Positions 18,321 to 27,594 of a stretch of DNA of 64,000 nucleotides are shown here, piece after piece (position 1 is the stretch's first letter; each line of letters starts with the position of its first letter). Source of the stretch: an uncultured Candidatus Rokubacteria bacterium (GTDB taxonomy: Bacteria; Methylomirabilota; Methylomirabilia; Rokubacteriales; CSP1-6); assembly GCA_963771355.1 (NCBI GenBank), contig CAVYTA010000005.1, positions 544,001-608,000 of the forward strand, in the 5' to 3' direction. The notes below the pieces were generated by a model. It was not told the origin of the DNA. It saw only the letters and a program-made list of their open reading frames with translations, and did no database searches. Position numbers and translations under genes: made by a program.

Positions 18321-19913
18321 GTGCATGTGCTCGTGATCGACGCCATCGCTCCGGAGGGAATCGGCTACCTGCGCGAGCGCGGCTTCACGGTGGACGAGGT
18401 CTCCAGCACGCTGCCCCGCGAGGCGCTGCTGGCGCGCCTGGGCGACTACGAGGCCATCGTCACGCGGTCGTCCACCACCGTCACGCCGGAGTTCCTCGCG
18501 CACGCGCGCCGGCTGCGCATTCTCGGCCGCGCCGGGGTCGGCGTGGACAATATCGACGTGGACGCCTGCTCGCGCCAGGGCGTGGTGGTGGTGAACGCGC
18601 CCTACGGCAACGTGGTGTCGGCGGCCGAGCACACCGTGGGCATGCTGCTGGCGCTGGTGCGCAAGATCCCCTCCGCCAACGACGCTCTCAAGCGCCTGGA
18701 CTGGGACCGCGGCATCTACGGAGCGGAGCTGTTCCGGAAGACGGCAGGGGTGATCGGCCTGGGCAAGGTGGGGTCGCGGGTGGCCGCCCGGCTCCGCGCC
18801 TTCGAGATGGAGGTGCTCGTCTACGATCCCTACATCCCGGAGAGCCGGGCCCGCGACCTCGGCGTCCGCCTCACCGACCTGCAGACCGTGCTCACCCAGT
18901 CCGACGTGGTCACCGTGCACGTGCCGCTGTCCGACGAGACCGAGAACCTCCTCGCCGCGCGCGAGCTGGCGCTGCTCAAGCCCGGCGCGCGGCTGGTGAA
19001 CTGCGCGCGCGGCGGCATCGTCAACGAGGGCGATCTCCTCGCCGCGCTGGAGTCGGGCCGGCTGGCAGGGGCGGCGGTGGACGTGTGGACGGAGGAGCCG
19101 CCCGTCTCCGATCTGGTCAAGCGCCTCATCGCCCACCCGCGCGTGGTGGTGACCCCGCATCTCGGCGCCAATACGCTGGAGGCGCAGGTCAACGTGGCGG
19201 TGGACGTGGCCCGCCAGCTCGTCGCCTTCCGCGACGGGGAGCTGGTCGAGCACGCGGTGAACATCCCGGTGGGAGACCGCGAGACGGTGGCCGAGCAGCG
19301 GCCGTTCCTCGCGCTGGCCGAGCTGCTCGGCCGCTTCTGCGTCCAGCTGGAGCGCGACAATGTCGAGCGCGTGGAGGTGGAGGTGGCGGGGCAGGTGGGT
19401 CGGCACGACCCCGAGCTCATCGCCCGCGCCGTGCTCAAAGGACTCTTCGGCGGGGTGACTGCGCAGGCGGTGAACCTGGTCAACGCCCACCTGGTGGCGC
19501 GGGAGCGCGGGGTGGCGGTGGCGGTGCGCACGGACGAGAGCGCGGGGTCCGGCTACACCAACCTCATCACCGTGACCACGCAGGCGGGGACGGGGCGCAA
19601 GATCATCGCGGGCACCGTGTTCGACGGCACTCCTCGCATCGTCCGGCTCCGGGATCTCCACATCGAGTTCATCCCCGAAGGGCACATCCTCGTGCTCTCA
19701 TACGAGGACCGGCCGGGGATGGTGGGGAAGATCGGCTCCATTCTCGGCCGCCACAACGTGAACATCGCCTCCATGCACGTGGGCCGCCGCACCCGGCGCG
19801 GGGGCGCCATCGTGGTGCTCCTCCTCGACGAGGCGGTGAGCCCCGAGGTCATGGAGGAAGTGGCGAAGGCGGTGGACGCGGATTTCACCCGCCTGATCCG
19901 GCTGGACGCATGA
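18321..19913 (+). CDS. serA: D-3-phosphoglycerate dehydrogenase (type I, ASB+ACT)
   Basis: RAGVGVDNID, GLGKVG, NCARGG, TPHLGA and a C-terminal DRPGMVG ACT domain. Confidence 0.93.
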   Translation: MHVLVIDAIAPEGIGYLRERGFTVDEVSSTLPREALLARLGDYEAIVTRSSTTVTPEFLAHARRLRILGRAGVGVDNIDVDACSRQGVVVVNAPYGNVVSAAEHTVGMLLALVRKIPSANDALKRLDWDRGIYGAELFRKTAGVIGLGKVGSRVAARLRAFEMEVLVYDPYIPESRARDLGVRLTDLQTVLTQSDVVTVHVPLSDETENLLAARELALLKPGARLVNCARGGIVNEGDLLAALESGRLAGAAVDVWTEEPPVSDLVKRLIAHPRVVVTPHLGANTLEAQVNVAVDVARQLVAFRDGELVEHAVNIPVGDRETVAEQRPFLALAELLGRFCVQLERDNVERVEVEVAGQVGRHDPELIARAVLKGLFGGVTAQAVNLVNAHLVARERGVAVAVRTDESAGSGYTNLITVTTQAGTGRKIIAGTVFDGTPRIVRLRDLHIEFIPEGHILVLSYEDRPGMVGKIGSILGRHNVNIASMHVGRRTRRGGAIVVLLLDEAVSPEVMEEVAKAVDADFTRLIRLDA

Positions 19914-20302
19914 GCCGGCGGCGCGCGACGGGCGCCTTGCCGCGGGGCGCGGCGCCGTTCGAGGCGCGGCCCTGGGGCGGCTACCAGACGCTCGAGGAGG
20001 GCCCGGGCTACAAGGTGAAGCGGCTCGTGGTGGAGCCCGGCCATCGCTTCAGCCTCCAGCGGCATCGCCGCCGCGCCGAGCACTGGGTGATCGTGGCGGG
20101 CTCGCCCAAGGTCACCGTCGGCGGCCGCAGCCGCCGGCTCCGCCCGCGCGAAGCGGTGACGGTGCCGCGCGGCGCCTGGCACCGCGTCGAGAACGTGGGG
20201 CGCGTGCCCGTCGTCATCGTCGAGGTCCAGTACGGCGCCTATCTCGGCGAGGACGACATCGTGCGCAAGCAGGACGACTACGGGCGAATCGGCCGGCGAT
20301 AA
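19910..20302 (+). CDS. Mannose-6-phosphate isomerase type II C-terminal cupin
   Basis: RPWGGY, SLQRH..RAEHW and EVQYGAYLGEDDIVR motifs. Confidence 0.9.
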   Translation: MSRRRATGALPRGAAPFEARPWGGYQTLEEGPGYKVKRLVVEPGHRFSLQRHRRRAEHWVIVAGSPKVTVGGRSRRLRPREAVTVPRGAWHRVENVGRVPVVIVEVQYGAYLGEDDIVRKQDDYGRIGRR

Positions 20303-20309
20303 CCGCCCG

Positions 20310-21494
20310 CTACTGCCCGCCGCCTCCGTAGTAGAAGTGAGCGCCGATGCCGAAGTAGTCGATCTCCTTCCGGAGGAACTGCCCGTCGGGCGAGTTCCCG
20401 TGGAAATACTCCAGCATCACGAGGAGCCGCCGGCCCAGGATCTGCGCTCGGTCGAACTGGACGCCCGCGCGCACGGAGATCTCGGGGTTCCAGCGATTCT
20501 CCTCGCGCGCCTGCACGTTCACCGCCGCCACCGGCGTGACCCCGGGGAGGAAGAACAGCCGCTTTCGCACCTCCACGCCGCCCCCCACGATCCAGGGCTC
20601 GAGGCTGGAGGGATCCCGGTTGAAGAGATAGCCGCCGCCCGCGTAGACGCGAAGGACGCGCTCGAGGAAGTGGTAGGAGAGCTTGAGGTCCACCGCCTCG
20701 TAGGCCAGGTTCACGCGGTCGGGGCGGCTGCGGAGCAGGAACTCGTCTCCCAGATGGGAGCTCTGGTGGAAGACGCGGGCCAGGGCCTGAAACGGACCGA
20801 CGGCGTAGGCGCCGGCGGCGCCCACGAAGTAGTCGGCGTTGACCAGGTCGTGAGAGTCCGAGTTCATGTCGAAGATGGCGAACACGCCTGCCTGGAGGCC
20901 GACCTCCCAGTGCCCGCCGAAGGGGGCTGCATCGCGATAGATCGGGATGGTCTCGCCGAAGTTGACCGAGGCGATGTCGGTGAACTGGTCGTCGCCGAGA
21001 TAGCGCTGATAGGCCGCGGAGAAGTGGGGCCAGCGCGGGTCGGCCAGGAGCGCGTCGAAGAGATAGCCGCGGGGCAGGAAGCCGAGGTCCATCTTCTCGG
21101 CGTCCTTGTCGGGAGTAAGAGCCGGCGATGGGTCTGCGGCACTAACCGCGGCTGGGGCGGCGGCCGCCGCCCCGACGGAGCGTGGCGGCGGCGTGTCCAC
21201 GATCTCGACGCCGGTCACGCCGGGAATGCGCTGCAGCGCAGTGAGGACGCGTCCCCGATCCGTTGCACCGATCGCGCTCGCGGATAGGCGGACGACGCCA
21301 CCGTCCACGCTGATGGCGGGCGCCCGGAGCCCGAGCGTCTGCTCGAGCAGCGCGGTGGCATAGCCGCGAAGATAGGCATCGTCGGCCGGCGCGGCGACGG
21401 CGGCGGCCGCCCCCAGGACGGTCAGCACGGATGCGAGGGCGATGGCGCGAACGAGACGGGGCAACCCCGATGAGCGGGCGAGCGCATTGGTCAT
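20310..21494 (-). CDS. DUF1207-like outer-membrane protein
   Basis: Signal peptide; LLADPRWP, DLVNADY, FHQSSHLGDEF and GNSPDGQF motifs. Confidence 0.75.
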   Translation of the reverse strand: MTNALARSSGLPRLVRAIALASVLTVLGAAAAVAAPADDAYLRGYATALLEQTLGLRAPAISVDGGVVRLSASAIGATDRGRVLTALQRIPGVTGVEIVDTPPPRSVGAAAAAPAAVSAADPSPALTPDKDAEKMDLGFLPRGYLFDALLADPRWPHFSAAYQRYLGDDQFTDIASVNFGETIPIYRDAAPFGGHWEVGLQAGVFAIFDMNSDSHDLVNADYFVGAAGAYAVGPFQALARVFHQSSHLGDEFLLRSRPDRVNLAYEAVDLKLSYHFLERVLRVYAGGGYLFNRDPSSLEPWIVGGGVEVRKRLFFLPGVTPVAAVNVQAREENRWNPEISVRAGVQFDRAQILGRRLLVMLEYFHGNSPDGQFLRKEIDYFGIGAHFYYGGGGQ

Positions 21495-21561
21495 GGGCGT
21501 CCTCCTCCGGCTACTCTCTCACGGAGGCGAGCGGCGCGCTGCGCCCTACGCCCCGGAATTG

Positions 21562-22107
21562 CTAGCGAACTGGTGGCGGGGGTGGCGGAGGCGGCGGGGG
21601 TGGAGGTGGCGGCGGGGGTGGGGCAACGCCTCGAGCCGGATACGCCGTGACGGGCGCCCGCTGGCCGGGGATCTGATTGCCCTTGGCGTACATGCACTGC
21701 TGGTACGCGGCGTCGTAGCGCCCCTGGACGGTGGCGGCGGAGTAGGCCCCGGCATTGGCGCCCACCGCGGTGCCTCCGAGCAGGCCGCCGCCCGCGCCGA
21801 TGGCGGCGCCCGCCCCCGGATTGCCCGCAGCGGCGCCGATGGCGGCGCCCAGTCCCGCCCCGATCACGGTGCCGATCACCGCCCCGGCGGCGGTACTCTG
21901 GTGTGCCGACGTCGCCGCGTCGCCGCTCTGCTGCTGCGCCCACTGCCGGCAGGCGGCGTCATCAGACTGGAACTGCTCGAACGTCTTCCCCGACCCCGGC
22001 ATGACCGCGACGCTTGGACCTGGCGGCACGGTGACACAGCCGGAGGCGAGCAGGACCACCAGCGCGCCCGCGATCCACCTGGTCGGCTTCAGGCGGGTCG
22101 GCTTCAT
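21562..22107 (-). CDS. Glycine-zipper (YMGG-like) lipoprotein with C-terminal polyproline
   Basis: LASGC lipobox, GAAIGAAAG zipper, YQQCMYAKGN and a run of 17 Pro. Confidence 0.85.
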   Translation of the reverse strand: MKPTRLKPTRWIAGALVVLLASGCVTVPPGPSVAVMPGSGKTFEQFQSDDAACRQWAQQQSGDAATSAHQSTAAGAVIGTVIGAGLGAAIGAAAGNPGAGAAIGAGGGLLGGTAVGANAGAYSAATVQGRYDAAYQQCMYAKGNQIPGQRAPVTAYPARGVAPPPPPPPPPPPPPPPPPVR

Positions 22108-22637
22108 GGCCGCCTCCCGCCGGAGCGCTCGAAGAGGTGATGCATCTCGCTCTGGAGCTGCTTCATCCGGGCCTTGACCTGGCCTGCCTTGGCGAGCTGC
22201 TCGGGCGTGAGGATGGCGCGCACCTCCAGGGCGATCTGGGCGCTGTCCTGCAGGAGCTGCTCGCGCAGCTGACCGATCTGCTGCAGCTGAGGCTGGAGGT
22301 CGGCGGTCTGGACAGGGCCGGCGGCGAGCAGCTTGTCGGCCAGCTCGTCCTGGGAGCGGCGGAGCTGCTCGAGCAGGTTGCGCGTCGCCGTCCGATGCGC
22401 GGACAGGATGCCGTGCACCTTGGTCTCCTGCTCCGGCGTGAGGTTCGCGGACCGGATCAGGAACGGCAGCACCATGCCGCCCTCGCGGCCCCACGGCCCT
22501 CCCCGTCTCCCCTCCGTCTCCATGCCCTGGCCGGCGGCGGGCCGTGTCACTCCGGCCGCATCGATCAGCATCCCCAGCATCACGATCCCCAGCATCACCA
22601 TCCTCAGCATTCCCACCGGGTTCCGCGCTCGAATCAT
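22104..22637 (-). CDS. Spy/CpxP-family periplasmic protein
   Basis: Two LTPEQ motifs; helical and Gln-rich; signal peptide. Confidence 0.85.
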   Translation of the reverse strand: MIRARNPVGMLRMVMLGIVMLGMLIDAAGVTRPAAGQGMETEGRRGGPWGREGGMVLPFLIRSANLTPEQETKVHGILSAHRTATRNLLEQLRRSQDELADKLLAAGPVQTADLQPQLQQIGQLREQLLQDSAQIALEVRAILTPEQLAKAGQVKARMKQLQSEMHHLFERSGGRRP

Positions 22638-23149
22638 GGAGACTCCTCGCCCGCCTGACGCACGGGCTCCGCATGGGCCAGCAGGGCCGGCGTGCAGCCG
22701 GCGGTGACGAGCCAGTCGGCTCCGTCGCATACGCTCGTGTCCTCGTCGGCCTGATCCTCCGGGGCGTCCACCGGCGCCGGTGCATAGCCGCGCAGGGAGA
22801 AGAGCGCCAGGGAGACCTCGGTGAGCATGGCGCTGGCTTCCTCCGGGCGCATCGCGGGCGGGACATCGGTGATCGCGCGCCACACCGCCACCTCCACCCA
22901 GAGCAGCGCGGCGAGGGCGAGGGCGCCGGCGCCCACCGCGGCGGGAAGCCAGCGTCGCAAGCTCGGCACTGGGCGGGTGTGGGGGATGGGCCCGTGCGCC
23001 AGCACCGCGGTCACCACGTCGAGATCGCGGGTGAGCGCGTCGAGTCGTGCCGCGCAGGCGGGACAAGCCTCCACATGGGCCTGCTCGCGCGGGTCACCGA
23101 GGCCCGCCTGCAGATGGACCAGACGCCGCTCGGGCAGGCATCGGCTCAT
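22634..23149 (-). CDS. ZAS-type anti-sigma factor
   Basis: HVEACPAC (HxxxCxxC) followed by one TM helix; follows the ECF sigma gene. Confidence 0.8.
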   Translation of the reverse strand: MSRCLPERRLVHLQAGLGDPREQAHVEACPACAARLDALTRDLDVVTAVLAHGPIPHTRPVPSLRRWLPAAVGAGALALAALLWVEVAVWRAITDVPPAMRPEEASAMLTEVSLALFSLRGYAPAPVDAPEDQADEDTSVCDGADWLVTAGCTPALLAHAEPVRQAGEESP

Positions 23150-23658
23150 CGCGTGTCCGCCAGCTCAACCCGCAGGCGATGCACGGCGCGGAAGAGGTGG
23201 CGCTTCACGGTGCCCGGGCTCAGGCCGAGCGCGGCGGCGATTTCGGGGCCCGACCAGGCCTCGACATGTCGGAGCACGAACACCTCCCGCTGCCGATCCG
23301 GAAGCGACCGGAAGGCCAGCCAGATCCGGCGGCGCGTCTCGCTGCTGATCGCGGTGTCCTCCGGGGTCAGCCCCCGATCGACGATGGGTACCTGCTCGAT
23401 CGGGTCACTCCAGCGCCGGAAACGCTGCCACCAGCCTGCCCGCCGGCGGTCGCGGCAGGTATTCACCGCGATGCGGGTGAGCCAGGCGCCCCAGTCTCCG
23501 GGCGGACCCTGGCGACGCTCGGATTCGAGTGCCTTGACGAACACTTCCTGTACAACCTCCTCCGCTTCCTGGCTGTCGCCGAGAAGTAGCTGGCAGAGAC
23601 GCCGCAAGCGACCGGCGTGGCAACTGACAGCGTCCTCGTACCCTTGAGCCAGGCCCAC
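23146..23658 (-). CDS. ECF RNA polymerase sigma factor
   Basis: EAEEVVQEVF and WLTRIAVN (region 2); LPDRQREVF..EIAAALG..GTVKRHL (region 4); start approximate. Confidence 0.9.
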   Translation of the reverse strand: MGLAQGYEDAVSCHAGRLRRLCQLLLGDSQEAEEVVQEVFVKALESERRQGPPGDWGAWLTRIAVNTCRDRRRAGWWQRFRRWSDPIEQVPIVDRGLTPEDTAISSETRRRIWLAFRSLPDRQREVFVLRHVEAWSGPEIAAALGLSPGTVKRHLFRAVHRLRVELADTR

Positions 23659-23758
23659 GGTCAGTGGGACGAGCCGTCGGGCCGTCTTGCTTACAATGAC
23701 GAGCGACAGGGGGCGGTGGTTGACCGGTGGGAGAAGAAAACGCAGGCGCGACGAACGG

Positions 23759-24403
23759 TTACTGCATCCAGCCGGAAACGCCCAGATAGTGCGCGGCCAG
23801 GCCCAGATACTCGTGGAGCACCCGCTCGGCCATCCGGCGCTCTCGCCACCAGCCGTCCCGAGGGAAGGGCCCATAGGGACTGCCCCGAACGATCGCCGCG
23901 ACCCCATCGCTTCCGCGTCGGTACCAGATCGTTTTTACCCGGCGCGTATGCTCAGGCGAGCTCACGAGAATGAGACGGTGCCAGCCGCGCGCGCGGGCTT
24001 CCTGCCGCACCAGGGCCAGCTCGTCCTCGGTGATCTGTGCTGTCTGGGCGATGGTCACGAGGGCGGCCGCGGGGATGCCGAAGTGGAGCAGCGCGGCCTG
24101 CGACTCGCCCTGGACGTCCAGAGGCCGCACGCCCATCTGCACGAGCGCCGCCACGCGCTCGGGATTCACGGGGTGGGACACGATGACGCGAGGGGCCCAG
24201 CCCTGCTTGAAGAGATCGGCCACTGCGCGCTCCCGGAAGGGCGCGCCGCCCGCCACCACCACGAGGGCGTCGGCGTCGGCGAGCGCGTCCTCCACGATCA
24301 GGGCGCGCGCCACCGCGCGGAGCAGGGGCCCGTGCAGCGCCCAGAGCGTGACGCCAAGGAGTAGGCCCCCCGCGACAATTCCCAGCAGCCGGCGACGTCT
24401 CAC
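23759..24403 (-). CDS. YdcF/ElyC (DUF218) family protein
   Basis: ADALVVVAGG, TEDE, LVSSPEHTRR and EYLG motifs. Confidence 0.85.
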   Translation of the reverse strand: MRRRRLLGIVAGGLLLGVTLWALHGPLLRAVARALIVEDALADADALVVVAGGAPFRERAVADLFKQGWAPRVIVSHPVNPERVAALVQMGVRPLDVQGESQAALLHFGIPAAALVTIAQTAQITEDELALVRQEARARGWHRLILVSSPEHTRRVKTIWYRRGSDGVAAIVRGSPYGPFPRDGWWRERRMAERVLHEYLGLAAHYLGVSGWMQ

Positions 24404-25521
24404 CGCTCGAGCTCGATCAGGTACTCCTTCACCCGCCGGGCGTCGGGGGCGTCGGGCTTGAGCGCCAGGTATCGCTCGAAGGCCTCGCGCGCCCGGACAT
24501 TGTCCCGAGCCTGGTAGTAGAGGTAGCCGAGCTGGCGGAGCGGGTCCGCAAACGCGGGGTCGAGCGCGATGGCCCGCTCATAGGCCTCGCGTGCCTGCTG
24601 GACCAGCCGCGGCCGGTCCTCGGGCCGCGGGGCCCGCTGCGCCTCGAGCCGATGGAGATCGCCGTAGTAGAGGTGAGCCACCGGGTCCGCCGGCGTCAGG
24701 GCGAGCACGCGGTCGAGCTGGCTCCGGCCGAGCCCGAAGCGGCCGGCCCGGACGTCCAGCGCGGCGTTCTCCCGCAACGCCAGCCGCGTGCGGAGCGCGT
24801 AGGCCTCGCTGCCCCTCGTCAGCGCCTCGAACGAGGCGTCAGCAGAGTTCGCGAGGAGCCACTCCCGCGTGCCGGCGAGCCGCTCGTCGAGCCGGGCGCG
24901 ATTGCCGAGGTAGAAGCCCTCGAGACGGATCGGGCCGCCCGACTCCCCGCGGAGCCGCTCGAAGGCGCGCGGGGCCTCGCGCGGATCGTAGCCCGCCCGC
25001 ACCATGCGGGCGAGGCCTTCGGTGTCGGCCTCGCGCTCGAGGTCGCGGCCATAGCCGGTGACGGCGGCGGTGTAGGTGAGCGGCAGCCCCTGACTGACGA
25101 GCAGGCTCGACCCCGAGGGCGAGGCCGTATCCGGCGCCTCCCGGCCCGCGCGAAGGGCGTGCCGCCCGGTGAGGTGCACGGCCTCTCGCCCCAGGATCGC
25201 GGCGAGCTGGGCTTCATTGTCCAGGCGGGCCAGGAGCCCGGTGTGGACGAAGAGCCGACCGTTGGGCAGCGCGAACGCGTTCGGCGCGGCGTCGCGGAGC
25301 ACGGTGACGCGGACGGTGGGGGCGTCCGCCGCCGCGATGAGGCGGGTCATGAGGTCCGCGAGATACTCGTCCAGCGGGGGCTCGTCGTGGACCCGGACCG
25401 TCCGGAGGAAGCGCTCCTCCTCTCCGCCGGCCTGGTCCCGGAGGGTGCGCTCCTCGACCTCGGAGGGGATCGCGGTGGAGGCGCAGCCCGCGAGCTGGCA
25501 AATCACGAGAAGCCGCGTCAA
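24400..25521 (-). CDS. M48 (BepA-like) metalloprotease homolog with TPR repeats, lipoprotein
   Basis: PNAFALPNG, REAVH (HExxH variant), EREAD and C-terminal TPRs; start uncertain. Confidence 0.8.
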   Translation of the reverse strand: MTRLLVICQLAGCASTAIPSEVEERTLRDQAGGEEERFLRTVRVHDEPPLDEYLADLMTRLIAAADAPTVRVTVLRDAAPNAFALPNGRLFVHTGLLARLDNEAQLAAILGREAVHLTGRHALRAGREAPDTASPSGSSLLVSQGLPLTYTAAVTGYGRDLEREADTEGLARMVRAGYDPREAPRAFERLRGESGGPIRLEGFYLGNRARLDERLAGTREWLLANSADASFEALTRGSEAYALRTRLALRENAALDVRAGRFGLGRSQLDRVLALTPADPVAHLYYGDLHRLEAQRAPRPEDRPRLVQQAREAYERAIALDPAFADPLRQLGYLYYQARDNVRAREAFERYLALKPDAPDARRVKEYLIELER

Positions 25522-25576
25522 AAGCTTGGTCGCTGGTCCCCATCGCCTGTAGGATGGCCGCGAGGAGGTGCTCCCT

Positions 25577-26017
25577 ATGCGTCGTGCGCTCATCATCTCG
25601 GTAATCATGCTGACCCTCACGGCCTGCGCGTCGTCTCCGACGCGACCGCAGCGAAGCGAGTTCGAGGACATCCCGGTCCCCAAGGGCCTGACGGTGGACA
25701 TGGACAAGTCCACCATCATCGAGTCGCCCGCGGTCAAGGCCGCCCGCATCTTCTACAAGGGGCGCGTGGAGCCGGACAGTCTCGGCACCGCATTCCGGAC
25801 CACTCTGGAAGCCAATGGGTGGCGGCATCTGTCGTCGACCACCGCGTCCAGCAAAGGTACCACGCAGATATACGAGAAGACGGGGAACTCGCTCCAGATC
25901 CTGATCTACGAGGGCATCTACTACACGTGGGTGGAGCTCTCCGCGACCAGATTCGTGAGCGGGTCCGCGCAGTCCGCGCCGGCTCCCGGCGCCACACCCG
26001 TCCCCGCGACCCGCTAG
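25577..26017 (+). CDS. Hypothetical lipoprotein
   Basis: Strong SD GAGGAGG, LTAC lipobox, FEDIPVP motif. Confidence 0.8.
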   Translation: MRRALIISVIMLTLTACASSPTRPQRSEFEDIPVPKGLTVDMDKSTIIESPAVKAARIFYKGRVEPDSLGTAFRTTLEANGWRHLSSTTASSKGTTQIYEKTGNSLQILIYEGIYYTWVELSATRFVSGSAQSAPAPGATPVPATR

Positions 26018-26028
26018 CGCGATCGCGC

Positions 26029-26081
26029 CTCCTCTCGCCCTCCCTCTCCTCCCGTTGCGGGGGAGAGGGCAGGGTGAGGAG
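26029..26081. repeat. REP-like GC-rich palindrome / bidirectional terminator between convergent genes
   Basis: ctcctctcgccctccctctcc...ggggagagggcagggtgaggag imperfect inverted repeat. Confidence 0.65.
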
Positions 26082-26099
26082 CCAGTGGGCCGAGCAGGC

Positions 26100-27593
26100 C
26101 TAGGGGCGTCGCCAGTCCCGACCCTCGCGCTCGAGTAGCGTGTCGGCCTCGGCGGAGCCCCAGGTGCCGGCCTCGTAGTTGGGAAACTTGCGCGGGTCCC
26201 CTTTCCCCCAGGCCTGTACCACCGGCTCCAGCAGCTCCCAGGAGAGATCGACCCAGTCACCGCGGGCGAACAGCGTGGCGTCGCCCTTCATCGCGTCGAG
26301 CAGGAGGCGCTCGTACGCCTCGGGCGGCTCGGCCCCGAACGCCTTGTGATAGTCGAAATCCATGTCCACCAGCTTGATGCGTGGCTCGGAGCCCGGCAGC
26401 TTGGCGCCGAATTGCAGCGAGATCCCCTCGTCGGGCTGAATGCGCAGGATGAGCCGGTTCGGCTCGGCGGGAGTCTCCGGGTTGCGCCGGAAGACCAGGT
26501 GGGGCGTGCGGCGGAACTGCACCGCGATCTCGCTGGTGCGCTTGGGCAGGCGCTTGCCGGTGCGGAGGTAGAACGGCACTCCCGCCCAGCGCCAGTTGTC
26601 CACGCCCAGCTTCAACGCGGCATAGGTCTCGGTGATGGACTCCGCCGAGACGCCCTTTTCCTCCCGGTAGCCGGGCACGCGCTGGCCTCCGACGAAGCCC
26701 GGCCCGTACTGGCCGCGCACCGCCACCGAGTCCACCTCGCCCGGCGGGATCGGTCGCAGCGCCCGCATCACCTTGGTCTTCTCGTCGCGTACGGGATCCG
26801 CGTCGAAGGTGACCGGCGGCTCCATGGCCACCAGGCAGAGGAGCTGGAGGATGTGGTTCTGGATCATGTCGCGCAGCGCGCCCGACTCCTCGTAGTACGC
26901 GCCGCGGCCCTCCACGCCCAGGGTCTCGCCCACCGTGATCTGCACGTGGTCCACCTGGTTGCGATTCCACAGGGGCTCGAAGATACCGTTGGCGAACCGG
27001 AAGACGAGGATGTTCTGGACCGTCTCCTTGCCGAGATAGTGATCGATCCGGTAGACCTGATCCTCGCTGAACACCCCGTTCACCACGTGGTTGAGGGCGC
27101 GTGACGAGGCGAGGTCGCGGCCGAACGGCTTCTCGATGACGATGCGCACCCAGGAGTCGGCGCCTTCGCCGCGCTGGAATCCCGCCTCCCCGAGCCGGTT
27201 CACGATATGGGGATAGAGCGAGGGCGGGGTGGAGAGGTAGAAGAGCCGGTTCCCGCTGGTGCCGCGCTCCCGCTCCACCTGCTTGATGAAGTCGCCCAGG
27301 CCGGGATAGATGCTGGGATCGGCGGGATCGGCGGTGTAGTAGAAGAGCGCCTGGGAGAAGCGCTCCCACACCCGCTGCGACGGAGGCTGGACCCGCGCGA
27401 AGTCGGCGATGGCCTCGCGCATGTTGGTGCGGAAGACCTCGTTGCTCATCTCGGTCCGCGAGACCCCGATCACCGCGAAGGGCTCGGGCAGTACCCGGCT
27501 CTGGAACAGCGACCACAGGGCGGGCACGAGCTTGCGCTTGGTGAGATCGCCCGAGGCGCCGAAGATCACCATCACGCAGGATTCGTCGGCCAC
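26100..27593 (-). CDS. zwf: Glucose-6-phosphate 1-dehydrogenase
   Basis: GASGDL, EKPFG and RIDHYLGKE motifs. Confidence 0.97.
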   Translation of the reverse strand: MADESCVMVIFGASGDLTKRKLVPALWSLFQSRVLPEPFAVIGVSRTEMSNEVFRTNMREAIADFARVQPPSQRVWERFSQALFYYTADPADPSIYPGLGDFIKQVERERGTSGNRLFYLSTPPSLYPHIVNRLGEAGFQRGEGADSWVRIVIEKPFGRDLASSRALNHVVNGVFSEDQVYRIDHYLGKETVQNILVFRFANGIFEPLWNRNQVDHVQITVGETLGVEGRGAYYEESGALRDMIQNHILQLLCLVAMEPPVTFDADPVRDEKTKVMRALRPIPPGEVDSVAVRGQYGPGFVGGQRVPGYREEKGVSAESITETYAALKLGVDNWRWAGVPFYLRTGKRLPKRTSEIAVQFRRTPHLVFRRNPETPAEPNRLILRIQPDEGISLQFGAKLPGSEPRIKLVDMDFDYHKAFGAEPPEAYERLLLDAMKGDATLFARGDWVDLSWELLEPVVQAWGKGDPRKFPNYEAGTWGSAEADTLLEREGRDWRRP

Positions 27594-27594
27594 G

